Shown piece by piece: positions 1 through 10,404 of a DNA stretch of 64,000 nt. Source of the DNA: an uncultured bacterium (GTDB taxonomy: Bacteria > Nitrospirota > Thermodesulfovibrionia > Thermodesulfovibrionales > Dissulfurispiraceae); contig CALEDV010000023.1 of the NCBI GenBank assembly GCA_937949555.1, forward strand, positions 12,869 through 76,868, given 5' to 3'. Both the position numbers and the translations under genes were made by a program. The stretch's first letter is position 1, and each line of letters starts with the position of its first letter. The notes under the pieces were generated by a model. It was not told the DNA's origin, ran no database searches, and saw only the letters and a list, made by a program, of their open reading frames with translations.

Positions 1-1332
1 TGGCGCTTGTCCAAGCCATTGAAAGGCAGTATGTGCCTTTGGGATAAAGGGTGAGACAGTAACGCTAATGTTCACAAAACGCTTAGTCTTTGCCTTAGCA
101 GCCTTGAGCGCTTGATTTGCCATCCTTATGATTGCCTCAATGTCCTCTTGTCTTTCTGTGGGAAGACCGATCATGAAATAGAGCTTTAGATTGAGCCATC
201 CTGCCTCAAAGAGTTCAATCAATGCCCTTTCGTAATCCTGCCCTGTAAAATCTTTGTTTATAACCCTCCTTAAGCGGTCAGTTGCAGCCTCAGGGGCAAT
301 GGTAAAGCCGCTTTTTCTAACACTTTTAAGCTCCTTCAGCATTTCTTTATTGACCGAACCTACCCTTAGAGAGGGTAAGGAGAGTCCAACATGTTTTGAC
401 CTAAACTGGTTGTTGAACATCCTCATTGCCTCTACAAGGCAGCCGTAGTCCCCTGCGCTAAGGGATGCAAAAGAAACCGTATCATGCCCAGTGTTCTTTA
501 AGGATTCCCCTGCTATTGATAACACACTACTTACCGAGCGCTCTCTGAAAGGTCTGTATATCATACCTGCCTGACAAAACCTGCAACCTCTGGGACAACC
601 ACGGGTAACCTCAACAGCGACTCTATCATGTACCACAGACATATAAGGAACTACTGGTTTTACTGGGAAGGGATAGCTGTCAAGGTCTTGCACATATCTT
701 CTTTTTATTATTTTTGTGTGTTCTCTGTGAATACAGGGCACATAAAACCCCTCAATATCAGCAATTGCCCCTAAGATTGCACGGTTATCCCTGATTCCCT
801 CATCCTTGCACCTTCTGAGTACATCAATTAGTTCAAGCACAGCATCCTCTGCCTCTCCAATAAAAAACGCATCCACATAGGACAAAAGGGGCAGGGGATT
901 TACAGTACAGGGCCCCCCTGCTATTACAAGGGGATAGGTTGACTTTGAGTTAAGTCTGTCCTCAGTAAAAATGGGGATACATGAGAGATTGAGCATCTCG
1001 AGAACCGTAGTATAAGAGAGTTCGTATTGCAGGCTGAAGCCTACCACATCAAAATCCCCTAAGGGTCTCTTTGATTCCATTGAACAAAGAGGGATCTTTT
1101 TGTCTCTTAAATAGTCTGCCATATCAAGGGCTGGCATAAATGCCCTCTCTGCCGCGACATCGGGCAGTTTGTTTATGATCTCATAGAGTATCTTCAACCC
1201 TATATGAGACATTCCTACCTCATAGAGGTCAGCAAAGGCTAAAGCTATCCTTATCTTGGATTGTTCTTTGATTTTGCAATTTATCTCTCCGCCAATATAA
1301 CGGCTGGGTTTTAAAAACTTTGCATAGTTCAT
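1..1332 (-). CDS. B12-binding-domain / radical SAM protein (TIGR03960-like); 3' end lies beyond the window edge
   Basis: Own translation of the minus strand from ATG at 1332..1330: MNYAKFLKPSRYIGGEIN...GFSLQYE...VEVTRGCPRGCRFCQAGMIY (CxxxCxxC radical-SAM motif)...FMIGLPTE. The frame stays open to position 1. It is absent from the ORF track because it runs off the edge. Confidence 0.75.
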   Translation of the reverse strand, partial: MNYAKFLKPSRYIGGEINCKIKEQSKIRIALAFADLYEVGMSHIGLKILYEIINKLPDVAAERAFMPALDMADYLRDKKIPLCSMESKRPLGDFDVVGFSLQYELSYTTVLEMLNLSCIPIFTEDRLNSKSTYPLVIAGGPCTVNPLPLLSYVDAFFIGEAEDAVLELIDVLRRCKDEGIRDNRAILGAIADIEGFYVPCIHREHTKIIKRRYVQDLDSYPFPVKPVVPYMSVVHDRVAVEVTRGCPRGCRFCQAGMIYRPFRERSVSSVLSIAGESLKNTGHDTVSFASLSAGDYGCLVEAMRMFNNQFRSKHVGLSLPSLRVGSVNKEMLKELKSVRKSGFTIAPEAATDRLRRVINKDFTGQDYERALIELFEAGWLNLKLYFMIGLPTERQEDIEAIIRMANQALKAAKAKTKRFVNISVTVSPFIPKAHTAFQWLGQAP

Positions 1333-1367
1333 ATTGCCAATATCTCCGATAGTATTTATTGCTTGCC

Positions 1368-4300
1368 TTAGGGCAAAAAGAATATCCAGCTGTCAAACCA
1401 CTTAAGGTATCTGCTCATGTATTCTTTATCCACCACAGCGCCTGAAAGTATAGGATAGAAAAGGACAAAGAGCATCAACGCTAAGGCTATATATACGAGG
1501 GGAATGTATTGAGCCTTGTTATTTATTGATTCAAACCTCCTGAACACATAAAGGGTACCTAATATCAGAAAGGGCACTGAGGCAAAGAAGTGATATATGT
1601 AAATCTCTCTTGGAACAAAGATCCAGGGAAGATAATTTGACAGAAACCCAATAATTATAAAGCAAGCTGCAAGATTATAGGACCTTTTCCTTAGTCCTAA
1701 GACCAGCATATAAATAAGACTAAGTAGCCCTGCCCACCAAATAAGCGGATTTCCCATACTGACTATGCTTGATGCCTTGCCTTCTGGAAGCTCTGTGCCC
1801 ATGTAAAACCACATTGGCTTGGCAATGATGGGCCACTGCCACCAGGTCGAGGCAAAGGGGTGAGAACCCTTTATAGACTTGTGATACTGAAACATGTTGA
1901 TCTGATAGTCAAGCACTGCAATGAGATCATGCTCTTGGCCTGGAAGCATCATAAAGGGGACATAACTTAGTATATAAATAATTATTGGCACAAGAGCAAA
2001 ACATAAAACCCCATAGAGAAAATATCTAAAAACTCCCTTAGGGCTATTTGCATGATTATTGGGATACACATCCCCTTGTCTGTTGACCTTTATTTTTTTA
2101 GGGTGTTCTTGGTTGTTATTAGCCTTAACAACAAAAGATTGGTCCTTAAGTCTTCTATGGACAGCAGAAAAATAAAGAACAGCCAATCCTAATCCTGCAT
2201 ACAGGCATAGCCATTTTGTGGCAGCCCCTAAGCCGAAAGACAATCCAGAAAGGGCAAGGCATCTCAAAGAACCCTGTCTATTCCCTAAGGAAGCTAAATA
2301 GTATCTGAGCATAAAGTAGTACATGAGGACAATGAAGAGGACGGCAAAGGTATCAACAGTAGCTACCCTCGCCTGGACAAAGGGCATAAAATCCAGACCG
2401 GTCAGCAATGCTGAAAAAATGCCGTATTTTGTAGAGCCAAAAAGAAGCCTTCCCATAAAGAACATCGCTGTTATCAGCAATATCCCTGATAATGTCCCTG
2501 CAAAACGCCACCCAAAGGGGGTCATACCAAAAGACTTCACAGAGGCAGCCATAAATAACTTGCCGAGGGGTGGATGGGTGTTTTCATAGGGTTCCATACC
2601 CCTTGTTATCTCATAGGCAGTTCTTGCGAAGTATATCTCATCGAAGTACATACTATTTTTGTAAGAAGGTGTTAGCGGCACACCTTGCTGCTCATCAAAG
2701 AGGTGCTTTATGCTCCCCTCGGTCCCTTGGAAGACCGCAAAGGGCTTTGGCTGAAAGGAGCTGAGGAGTTTGTTAGCAGAGTCAAACAGTCCTATCTCAA
2801 ATAACACCCCGCCAGATTTCTCTGTTACAAGGCTCAAGTATCTTGAGTGTATTCTTGTCCCTTTGGTCTTCCATTGAAATATATCCCTCTGGTCTATTAC
2901 AAGGGCAGTGCTCCATTTAATGAAATCATCGGATACATCAATTCGATATCTTCCTGTGCCAATACCGGCGTAATAGGAGATCCTCGAGATGTCCTGTGCC
3001 TTGCCAAAATCTATATAGAAAGCCTCCCCATCGATGCCTGGTTTCCAGTATGTCTGTGGGGATAGGGTAGAGCCAAGGTTATAAAAGTAAAGGCAGGTAA
3101 AGGCTATAACTAAGGCTATAACAGCCATTGCATCTTGCCTTGATAAACTCAGGTCAGGTTTAAAGAACTCTTTGTTTCCATCAGAGCTAAATAATATCTG
3201 CCCTTGAACCCCGATATCTTCTGCCTGCCTTTTGTCAAATAGCGCAAACCAAAACCATTTTATGAAAAATAAATACCCTATAAGATTGCACAGGGAGAAA
3301 AACCTCAATAATAGATCATCGGTATTCAGATGATAGGTGCCCTGATGCGCAAGGGCAAGGGTGTAACCGATGTTGAAGGTATTTGTGATAGCAAATATTG
3401 TGATTATAAATAAAAATCTTCGTTCCGGTCTGATTGTATAGGCAATACAGGCAAGCAAGAAGAAGGGTATCATATATCTCTCGTGCATCTCTGTGGAGAA
3501 CATAAACACTGAAAGGGATATAAAGAGGGCAATTAATAGAATTTTATAGTAATTTTTTGAACGAATATAAACAAAACCTGAAAATAAGGTGATGCACACA
3601 ATTGCCAAGCCTCCCCAAAGCTTAAGAGGGATGATCAATTTGCTTGCCACTGGCGCCCAGTTCTTACCAATGAGGGCGTATATATTGAATGCGTTGAGGG
3701 TAGCATAGGGGTATTGAACAAGGGCGTTCTGGAATATCTTTAACAGCCAAATAGGTCCCTTTGACATTGAGAAGGGTAGGATGATAATTATTGCTAACAG
3801 TAAAGATGCCCCAACGGACATGATAAATTCCTTTAAGTTGCCGCGATGGGCGAAATACAATATAAAAAGCGGGGTAAACATCAATGCCTGTGGTTTCATA
3901 AGCACAGCACAGGTAAAGGCAATAGAGGCTCCAACAGGCTTGCCTTGGAGCAAAAGAAGCAATGATATAGCTACTAACAGTGCTAATACTGAATCAACCT
4001 GACCCCACAGCGAAGAGTTAATGGTAAGGGCAGGATTAAATATAAAGGCAAATAGGACAATTATAATTCCAACAGGAGGCAGATTGTGGGCTTTTGCAGT
4101 TCTGTAGATGATGAGTGCAGAAATAAACTCAGCGATTAAAGAGGGCATCTTAAGCAACAGCACAAAAAGGGGAGAGTCAAAGTCTATGCTGAGTAGATAT
4201 CTTAGTTTCCCAATTAGAAATAAAACATACATATATAGGGGTGGATAGTCAACAAAATGACCACTGAAGTAAAAGTCTGCAAAGCCCTTTTTGGCAAGAA

Positions 4301-5159
4301 GGTCTGCCCATGCCTTGTAAGTCATTAGGTCAACGGGGAAACCTGAGGAATTGTAAGCGAGTATAATTTTTGATAGAAAACCAATAATGAAAAGTATAGG
4401 CACAAGCCCTTGTTTATTGAAGTATTTATTGAAATTAGAGGGTCCTGCACAGTTATCCCGTAGATAATAGGAGCTCCATATAAAAACTAATCCGCCAAAG
4501 AGGACAGATGCAATGAAGAGTCCTATTATGTGCTTATGCTTTTGTAAACCCCAATCCATGCCTTTTGATGACCTTTCAGGGGTATTAAGTGCAGCTATCT
4601 TGGCACCCTCAGGGGTGGCATTGAGCCTTTCAACGGTACAGTCATCAAAATATGCTCTGCCCTTATTTAAACTTCCATAACCCCCTAATCTGAGGGTGAA
4701 TACTATTTCCCGTTGATCCCATCCTGTCTTGCCATAAAAATGAATCTGGCTCCACTGCCCCCTTGTGTCATAAACATCCTCTGAGGTTTCAAGTATGCCA
4801 AGCACGCTTATGTTTGCCCCCTTCTTATTAGAGGCTATGCCTTCAGCCCTTACCCAACAGGAAAAACTATAAATGCTTTCAGGGACAACGCTGATTGTCT
4901 GCATAACCTTTGCATCATCTTCTTCGGATACATCAATAGCAATGGCAAATCTTCCAGAATGGGTGTTGTCTTTGGTGAGGTAAAATTGTACGGCCTGTCT
5001 GTCTTTTTTCCACTGGTCGTATTTCCAACCCCTTGGTTTAAGCTCAGATACTTCTTCGAAACCTGGATTTATAAGGAGATTTTCCAAGGCAGAAGACTCC
5101 TTTGCAACTGGCACAGTAAGGGCGAGCAGAAGTGTAATTATCGCAAAAAGGTTTATCAT
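1368..5159 (-). CDS. Multidomain membrane glycosyltransferase: CBM-like domain + GT-C-like polytopic module + discoidin-like domain + PMT/GT39 module
   Basis: 1263-aa ORF. Signal/TM MINLFAIITLLLALTVPVA. Jelly-roll-like NLLINPGFEE...CWVRAEG. Many TM helices with a PVDLMTYKAWADLL loop. RISYYAGIGTGRYRIDVSDDFIKWS (F5/8-type-C-like). Then YFDEIYFARTAYE...THPPLGK (PMT signature) plus further TM helices. Confidence 0.7.
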   Translation of the reverse strand: MINLFAIITLLLALTVPVAKESSALENLLINPGFEEVSELKPRGWKYDQWKKDRQAVQFYLTKDNTHSGRFAIAIDVSEEDDAKVMQTISVVPESIYSFSCWVRAEGIASNKKGANISVLGILETSEDVYDTRGQWSQIHFYGKTGWDQREIVFTLRLGGYGSLNKGRAYFDDCTVERLNATPEGAKIAALNTPERSSKGMDWGLQKHKHIIGLFIASVLFGGLVFIWSSYYLRDNCAGPSNFNKYFNKQGLVPILFIIGFLSKIILAYNSSGFPVDLMTYKAWADLLAKKGFADFYFSGHFVDYPPLYMYVLFLIGKLRYLLSIDFDSPLFVLLLKMPSLIAEFISALIIYRTAKAHNLPPVGIIIVLFAFIFNPALTINSSLWGQVDSVLALLVAISLLLLLQGKPVGASIAFTCAVLMKPQALMFTPLFILYFAHRGNLKEFIMSVGASLLLAIIIILPFSMSKGPIWLLKIFQNALVQYPYATLNAFNIYALIGKNWAPVASKLIIPLKLWGGLAIVCITLFSGFVYIRSKNYYKILLIALFISLSVFMFSTEMHERYMIPFFLLACIAYTIRPERRFLFIITIFAITNTFNIGYTLALAHQGTYHLNTDDLLLRFFSLCNLIGYLFFIKWFWFALFDKRQAEDIGVQGQILFSSDGNKEFFKPDLSLSRQDAMAVIALVIAFTCLYFYNLGSTLSPQTYWKPGIDGEAFYIDFGKAQDISRISYYAGIGTGRYRIDVSDDFIKWSTALVIDQRDIFQWKTKGTRIHSRYLSLVTEKSGGVLFEIGLFDSANKLLSSFQPKPFAVFQGTEGSIKHLFDEQQGVPLTPSYKNSMYFDEIYFARTAYEITRGMEPYENTHPPLGKLFMAASVKSFGMTPFGWRFAGTLSGILLITAMFFMGRLLFGSTKYGIFSALLTGLDFMPFVQARVATVDTFAVLFIVLMYYFMLRYYLASLGNRQGSLRCLALSGLSFGLGAATKWLCLYAGLGLAVLYFSAVHRRLKDQSFVVKANNNQEHPKKIKVNRQGDVYPNNHANSPKGVFRYFLYGVLCFALVPIIIYILSYVPFMMLPGQEHDLIAVLDYQINMFQYHKSIKGSHPFASTWWQWPIIAKPMWFYMGTELPEGKASSIVSMGNPLIWWAGLLSLIYMLVLGLRKRSYNLAACFIIIGFLSNYLPWIFVPREIYIYHFFASVPFLILGTLYVFRRFESINNKAQYIPLVYIALALMLFVLFYPILSGAVVDKEYMSRYLKWFDSWIFFLP

Positions 5160-5273
5160 CTTAGGAAATGCCTATCCATTAAAGGGCTTTATAACTGCAA
5201 GGATATCTCATAGGATATATCTTCACGATGATGCCTGCATTAAAACCTCATCCTCAAACATCTTTAAACATCT

Positions 5274-6653
5274 TTAAACCTGGAAGATCTTTCCAGGGTT
5301 TAGTCTATCCTGAGGGTCGAATACCCTCTTGATCTCTTTCATCAGGGTTATCTGCCTATCAGGAATTTCCATAGAAAGAAAGGGGGCTTTTGTTACGCCA
5401 ATACCGTGTTCGCCTGAGATAGAGCCTCCAAGTTTGAGGGTTGCCTCAAAGAGCCTCTTTAGTATTCTCTCTAATTTTTCCTTATCCTGTCCTTCCCTGC
5501 TGTCCGTAAGGATGTTTACATGGATGTTGCCGTCTCCAGCATGACCAAAGCAAAGTATGTCTGTATTGTTTTCTTCAGAAATCTTGCTAATATCTAATAG
5601 TATTTCAGGAATCCTGTCTCTGGGCACAACTATATCCTCGTTTGTCTTGCATTTTTTGAGGTTATAAAGGGCAGGAGATATGGATCGACGGGTATCCCAT
5701 ATGAGTTCCCTTGAATAAACATCAGCAGCTAACACCGCATTACCCTTAAATTGATTGCATATTGCAACAACACGCTCGGCTTCTCTCTTTATAGTCGGTA
5801 TATTACCGTCTATTTCTATGATAAGCAAGGCTGAGGGGGCTTCAGTTATTAAATTTGGCTTATAACTTTGAACTGCCTTGATACAACCCTTATCAATGAA
5901 CTCAAGGGTCCTAGGGATTATGTTTGAGGATAGGACCTTATTGATTGTTGCCGCAGCATCTGCAGTATCCTGAAAGGACACAAGCAGAGTTACCACATCC
6001 TCAGGAAGGGGTAGTATCTTTAACCTTATCTTTGTAACGATTGCAAGGGTTCCTTCAGAGCCAATAAGGAGGTTTTTAATATCATAACCTACAACCCTTT
6101 TATGGGTCTTGCCTCCGCATCTTATAATAGTTCCATCCACAAGTACTGCCTCAAGTTCCATTACATAATCCCTTGTAACCCCATATTTGACAGCCCTTGG
6201 ACCTCCGGCATTGGTAGCTACATTTCCGCCAAGGGTGCAAAAATTAAGACTTGAGGGATCGGGGGGATAAAAAAAATTAAGGCAAAAAAGTTCCTTCTGC
6301 AGTGTGCCGTTTAATATGCCAGGTTCAACAAGAACAGACATGTTTTTTGTGTTAATGTCAAGCAACTTTCTCATTTTTTCAAGACTTATCACCATAGTGT
6401 TTGACCTTAGGGGCATCGCTGCGCCTGTCATTGCCGTGCCTGCTCCCCTTGGCACTATGGACATATCCTTTTCTAAGGCGTATTTTAAGAGTCTTGATAT
6501 CTCTTCTACACTTCTGGGCCATGCAACTAAGGCAGGATTGACCCCTAAGACAAAGGAAGAGTCAAACCCATAACATATGAGGTCCTCTCTGTTATCGGAT
6601 ATATCTATGTTTGAAAGGTCTGTCATGGTTGTCCTAATTAAGGCTCCTGTCAT
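5274..6653 (-). CDS. FAD-linked oxidase (GlcD / D-lactate dehydrogenase family)
   Basis: 459-aa ORF with an FAD-binding PCMH-type N-terminus (VVPRGAGT..TGAA, GGNVATNAGG) and a C-terminal GEHGIG motif. An alternative start at ATG 6626 would remove the 20-nt overlap with smc. Confidence 0.75.
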   Translation of the reverse strand: MTGALIRTTMTDLSNIDISDNREDLICYGFDSSFVLGVNPALVAWPRSVEEISRLLKYALEKDMSIVPRGAGTAMTGAAMPLRSNTMVISLEKMRKLLDINTKNMSVLVEPGILNGTLQKELFCLNFFYPPDPSSLNFCTLGGNVATNAGGPRAVKYGVTRDYVMELEAVLVDGTIIRCGGKTHKRVVGYDIKNLLIGSEGTLAIVTKIRLKILPLPEDVVTLLVSFQDTADAAATINKVLSSNIIPRTLEFIDKGCIKAVQSYKPNLITEAPSALLIIEIDGNIPTIKREAERVVAICNQFKGNAVLAADVYSRELIWDTRRSISPALYNLKKCKTNEDIVVPRDRIPEILLDISKISEENNTDILCFGHAGDGNIHVNILTDSREGQDKEKLERILKRLFEATLKLGGSISGEHGIGVTKAPFLSMEIPDRQITLMKEIKRVFDPQDRLNPGKIFQV

Positions 6654-9600
6654 ATTCAGCGAACTGCAGGGCTATTGTCTTAGATACTCCTGGTTCTTCC
6701 ATAGTAACCCCATAGAGGTAATCTGCAATCTCCATAGTAACCCTGTTATGGGTGATGATGATAAATTGTGTGTCCCTTGAAAGGTCTTTTATCATAGAGG
6801 CAAACCTCTCTGTGTTGGACTCATCAAGGGGGGCATCAGCCTCATCAAGGATACAGAGCGGACTTGGCTTGATAAGAAATCCAGCAAAAAGGAGCGCCAG
6901 AGAGGTCATTGCCTTTTCTCCGCCCGATAGTTGGTTTAGATTTTGATTTTTCTTGCCTGGAGGTTGAGCGATTATGTCAAGACCAGATTCAAGGATATTT
7001 TCTTCCTCCGTAAGGATCAAGTCTGCCTTCCCCCCACCAAAGAGGGTGGAAAATACACCGTTGAACCTCTCCCTGAGAGAGTTATATGCCTCTCTGAGCC
7101 TTCTCTTAGTCGTTGAATTAATCCTGTTGATAGCCTCCTCAAGCTCACTTATGGAAAGGGTGAGGTCCTCTTGCTGCTTAATAAGGAAGTCATATCCTTT
7201 CTTGAGCTCATCATATTCGGTTATGCTCTCCATATTTACGGGCCCCATATCCCTCATCTTGCCTAGTATTTCCTGTAATTTAGACTCTTCTTCTGGTGAG
7301 ACCTCTCCAAGGAATTCAATTGCTTTTATATCAACTCCATATTTTTCCCTAAGGTTATTTTCTAAATTTTCCAGATTAAGCCTTTTCTCAACAGACCCTG
7401 TCCTGAGTTCTGTGAGCCTAACATTGACATCGTCAATCTCAGTTCTTATCCTGTTCATAGAATCCTCTATTGCCTCAAGGGCCTCAAACTCAAGGGCAAT
7501 GTCGTCCTTTTTGCTTTGATAATCCTTTGTTAAGTCTGCAATTGTCTGAATGCCCTGTTTAATCTCAGTTTCAAGATTGTTTATCTGCTCAATCTCCTCC
7601 TCAATTAGTCTGAGCGCCCTTTGTCTGCTTCTGGTCAGATTATCCATATTTCTTGTAAGTTCCTCTTTAAGTAACCCCAAGGATGCCTGTTCTTTTTTTA
7701 AAGACTCATGCCTCTCTGAAAGTGATGCAGCTTGAAGCCTCAGGTTTGTTTCTTCCCTCTGTGCGATCTGAATCTGCTCCCTCAGAGCATTTATCTGCTC
7801 CTGCACAGAGGAAATAGACTGTTGTAATTCTGCCCTTTTTTGTTCGCTCTGCTGTATCTCTATAACCCTTTTTTCTATGTCCCTCTGCACATCCTTTCTC
7901 TCAGATTCAACGGATGCAGCTTCCATATCGAGGGATTCTAACCTCCTCTGTTTTCTATGGATATCCTTATTGTGTTCCTCAAGATTATGTTTCAGTAGGG
8001 ATAGTTTTTTGTCCCTCTCCATAAGCAAAGACTGCACAGCAGATAGCTTCTCTTTGATTTCACCTATTGTGCCTTTTGTTGTGGATATAGATACCTCTAA
8101 ATTAGCTATCTTTGCCTGTCTGTTCTCTATGGATGCCTCCAACTCCCTCTCTTCTCTCTTAAACCTCAGCACCTCAGAGGCCTTTCCTGTCACAATCCAA
8201 CCTCCCGGTAGCAGCACATCTCCTTGAGGTGTTACAAAGGTCAAGGTGCTCTGCCTTTCATCCTCAATGTAATCAATAGCCTGTTGTAAGTTATCTATTA
8301 CAAAGGTGTTAGAAAGTTGGTTTTTGACCAATATGACAGCGCTGTTTTCGGGCTCTGTAGAGTCAATAAAATCCGATGCCCTACCGATAATGCCTTTTAT
8401 ATCTGGTGCCTGTGCAGCCTCTGAGGGGTTGATGTTTATAGGCTTGTAAAGGAAACATGTTCTTTGTCCTGACATGTCTCTTAGTAATTGAAGAAGTGTT
8501 ATCAGGTCTGTTTTGTTTTCAACTATCAACGAAGATATTTTCTCATGAAGTAGAGCCTCAAGGGCTATCTCATGTTCTTTGTCTGCAATCACAATATCCG
8601 AAAGGGCTTTTAAAGAAGACCCGAGGGAGTCCTTGAGGGCTGAGACAGTAGAGTTTGGCGCGAATAGTTCTCTCAAAGATTCTATCCTTGAGGATTCTCC
8701 CGCAAGGGACTCTCTTTCCATTGAGAGATTTTGTCTAAGATAGTTCAAGTCCTTTTCTTTCAAATGTAAGGATGCTGTAAGTTCCTCGTTGTTCTTTTTT
8801 AATTCACCAGTCTCTTTAATAGCCAGATCTAATTGCTCCTGGACCTTTGAAACAACTACTCTTAGGTGTTCCAGTGTTTTCTGAAGGTTTTCACGATCTC
8901 TCTCTGCAACCTCTACCCTGTAATCAAGATGTTCAATATGGGAGTGTCTTTTGTTAAGTTCATTCTTTTTGCCGCTTATCTCCTCAGCAAGTTTGAAGAT
9001 ATCGCGCCTGCGAATGTCCATCTCCTGCTCTTTTTCATTGAGTCTTTTTGTAAGTTCATCGAGCGCTGCAGATTTTATTTCAAGTTGTTGTTGTAGGGCG
9101 TTCTCTGCCTGCAGTAGTTGTTCTATCAATGTATAGTTGGCTGATAACCTTTCATTGGTCTCTGACTGTTTTATCTGATTTTCCTGTAATTGCCCTGAGA
9201 GTCTTGCTGCCTCAACCTTCCTGTTTTCGATTTGAGTCTTTAATACCGCTGTCCGTTTTTCAGCAGCGGCAAGATCTCTTTGTTTAGCTTGCAGTGATTG
9301 TTCCATCTCTGCAAGAAACCTCTGATGCTCTGCTAAGGCAATCTTCTTTGTCTCCGACTTGTTTTGCATCTCTGAGAGTTTCATCCTGTTTGTAGAATCC
9401 CTTTCTTCATATGCTGATATGCTATCATTTAGTGCTTTGAGTTCTGATTCAAGCTGGGACTGCTTGGACTTGGCAATCTTTATCTCCAGTTCCTGGGCCT
9501 GTTTGAGCAGGTTTTTATACCTTTCAGCCTTTCTTGCCTGTCTGTCTATACTTACCATCTGCCTTTTCCTTTCGTGGATGATGTCGCCTATCCTGAGCAG

Positions 9601-10212
9601 ATTCTCTCTGGAAGACTCTAATTTTGACTGGGCTTCGGCTTTTCTTATTTTGTATTTCATGACCCCTGCAATCTCTTCTATTAGAATCCTCCTGTCCAGT
9701 GGTTTTGAGTTGACAATTTCTGATATTCTGTGTTGGTCAAGGATTGAGTAGCTCTTCACATCGAGACCGGTATCAAGTAAAATGTCTCTAATATCTTTTA
9801 GTCTGCAGACCTTTTTATTAAGCAGGTATTCACTCTCTCCTGACCTGTAAAGCCTGCGGGCAATAAGTATGCTATCCTCAGAACTAATCTTGTCTTCATC
9901 AGCATCCTGACTGGTATTGCTGCTTCCATTATCGTCTGTATTAAAATGAGTGGAAATAGTTAATAAAAGTGATACTTCTGCCATAGCCTTTTGTTTCTTA
10001 GTGGCTGAACCTTGAAAGATTACCTCTTCCATCTTTTCGCCTCGAAGACTCTTTGCGCTCTGCTCCCCAAGCACCCACCGAAAGGCATCTACGATATTGC
10101 TCTTGCCGCAGCCATTTGGACCAACTATACAAGTTATGCCTTCATGTAGCGGTAGTTGGGTTTTTTCTGAAAAGGACTTAAATCCTATGAGTTCTATTTG
10201 TTTTATCTTCAT
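6634..10212 (-). CDS. smc: Chromosome segregation protein SMC
   Basis: N-terminal MKIKQIELIGFKSF...GPNGCGKSN Walker A, long coiled coils, a central hinge, and C-terminal LSGGEKA...LDEADAPLD. Start moved to the MKIK Met (10212) from the ORF-track start 10254. Confidence 0.92.
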   Translation of the reverse strand: MKIKQIELIGFKSFSEKTQLPLHEGITCIVGPNGCGKSNIVDAFRWVLGEQSAKSLRGEKMEEVIFQGSATKKQKAMAEVSLLLTISTHFNTDDNGSSNTSQDADEDKISSEDSILIARRLYRSGESEYLLNKKVCRLKDIRDILLDTGLDVKSYSILDQHRISEIVNSKPLDRRILIEEIAGVMKYKIRKAEAQSKLESSRENLLRIGDIIHERKRQMVSIDRQARKAERYKNLLKQAQELEIKIAKSKQSQLESELKALNDSISAYEERDSTNRMKLSEMQNKSETKKIALAEHQRFLAEMEQSLQAKQRDLAAAEKRTAVLKTQIENRKVEAARLSGQLQENQIKQSETNERLSANYTLIEQLLQAENALQQQLEIKSAALDELTKRLNEKEQEMDIRRRDIFKLAEEISGKKNELNKRHSHIEHLDYRVEVAERDRENLQKTLEHLRVVVSKVQEQLDLAIKETGELKKNNEELTASLHLKEKDLNYLRQNLSMERESLAGESSRIESLRELFAPNSTVSALKDSLGSSLKALSDIVIADKEHEIALEALLHEKISSLIVENKTDLITLLQLLRDMSGQRTCFLYKPININPSEAAQAPDIKGIIGRASDFIDSTEPENSAVILVKNQLSNTFVIDNLQQAIDYIEDERQSTLTFVTPQGDVLLPGGWIVTGKASEVLRFKREERELEASIENRQAKIANLEVSISTTKGTIGEIKEKLSAVQSLLMERDKKLSLLKHNLEEHNKDIHRKQRRLESLDMEAASVESERKDVQRDIEKRVIEIQQSEQKRAELQQSISSVQEQINALREQIQIAQREETNLRLQAASLSERHESLKKEQASLGLLKEELTRNMDNLTRSRQRALRLIEEEIEQINNLETEIKQGIQTIADLTKDYQSKKDDIALEFEALEAIEDSMNRIRTEIDDVNVRLTELRTGSVEKRLNLENLENNLREKYGVDIKAIEFLGEVSPEEESKLQEILGKMRDMGPVNMESITEYDELKKGYDFLIKQQEDLTLSISELEEAINRINSTTKRRLREAYNSLRERFNGVFSTLFGGGKADLILTEEENILESGLDIIAQPPGKKNQNLNQLSGGEKAMTSLALLFAGFLIKPSPLCILDEADAPLDESNTERFASMIKDLSRDTQFIIITHNRVTMEIADYLYGVTMEEPGVSKTIALQFAEYDRSLN

Positions 10213-10404
10213 TGCAGGACTATAATTGTATGTTTGAAGGCATGGTAGGGTCAAGTTTTATTTTTTTTTATAAGGAAATAAAATTAATTTATTTGACCTG
10301 TGTTAAAAGGGTAGTTTAGGCTTACTAACCGTCACTAAAAAATTAAAAAAAAAAGACAAGCAGAGGCTTGCATTTTTATAAACCCCACAAAAAAGGAGGA
10401 ATCT

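Noticed and set aside
6752-9751. Series of plus-strand ORFs (64-181 aa) inside smc, rich in Ser/Leu/Cys/Phe
   Set aside because: They are the antisense reading of a Glu/Lys/Leu-rich coiled-coil gene. They have low complexity, no RBS and no recognisable motif. The same applies to antisense ORFs inside pheT, pckG, htrA, glnA and the glycosyltransferase.
10354-10382. Possible dsrA promoter AGACAA-17-TATAAA
   Set aside because: The -35 is weak and the region is generally AT-rich. I cannot distinguish it from background without transcription start data, so it is not listed as a feature.
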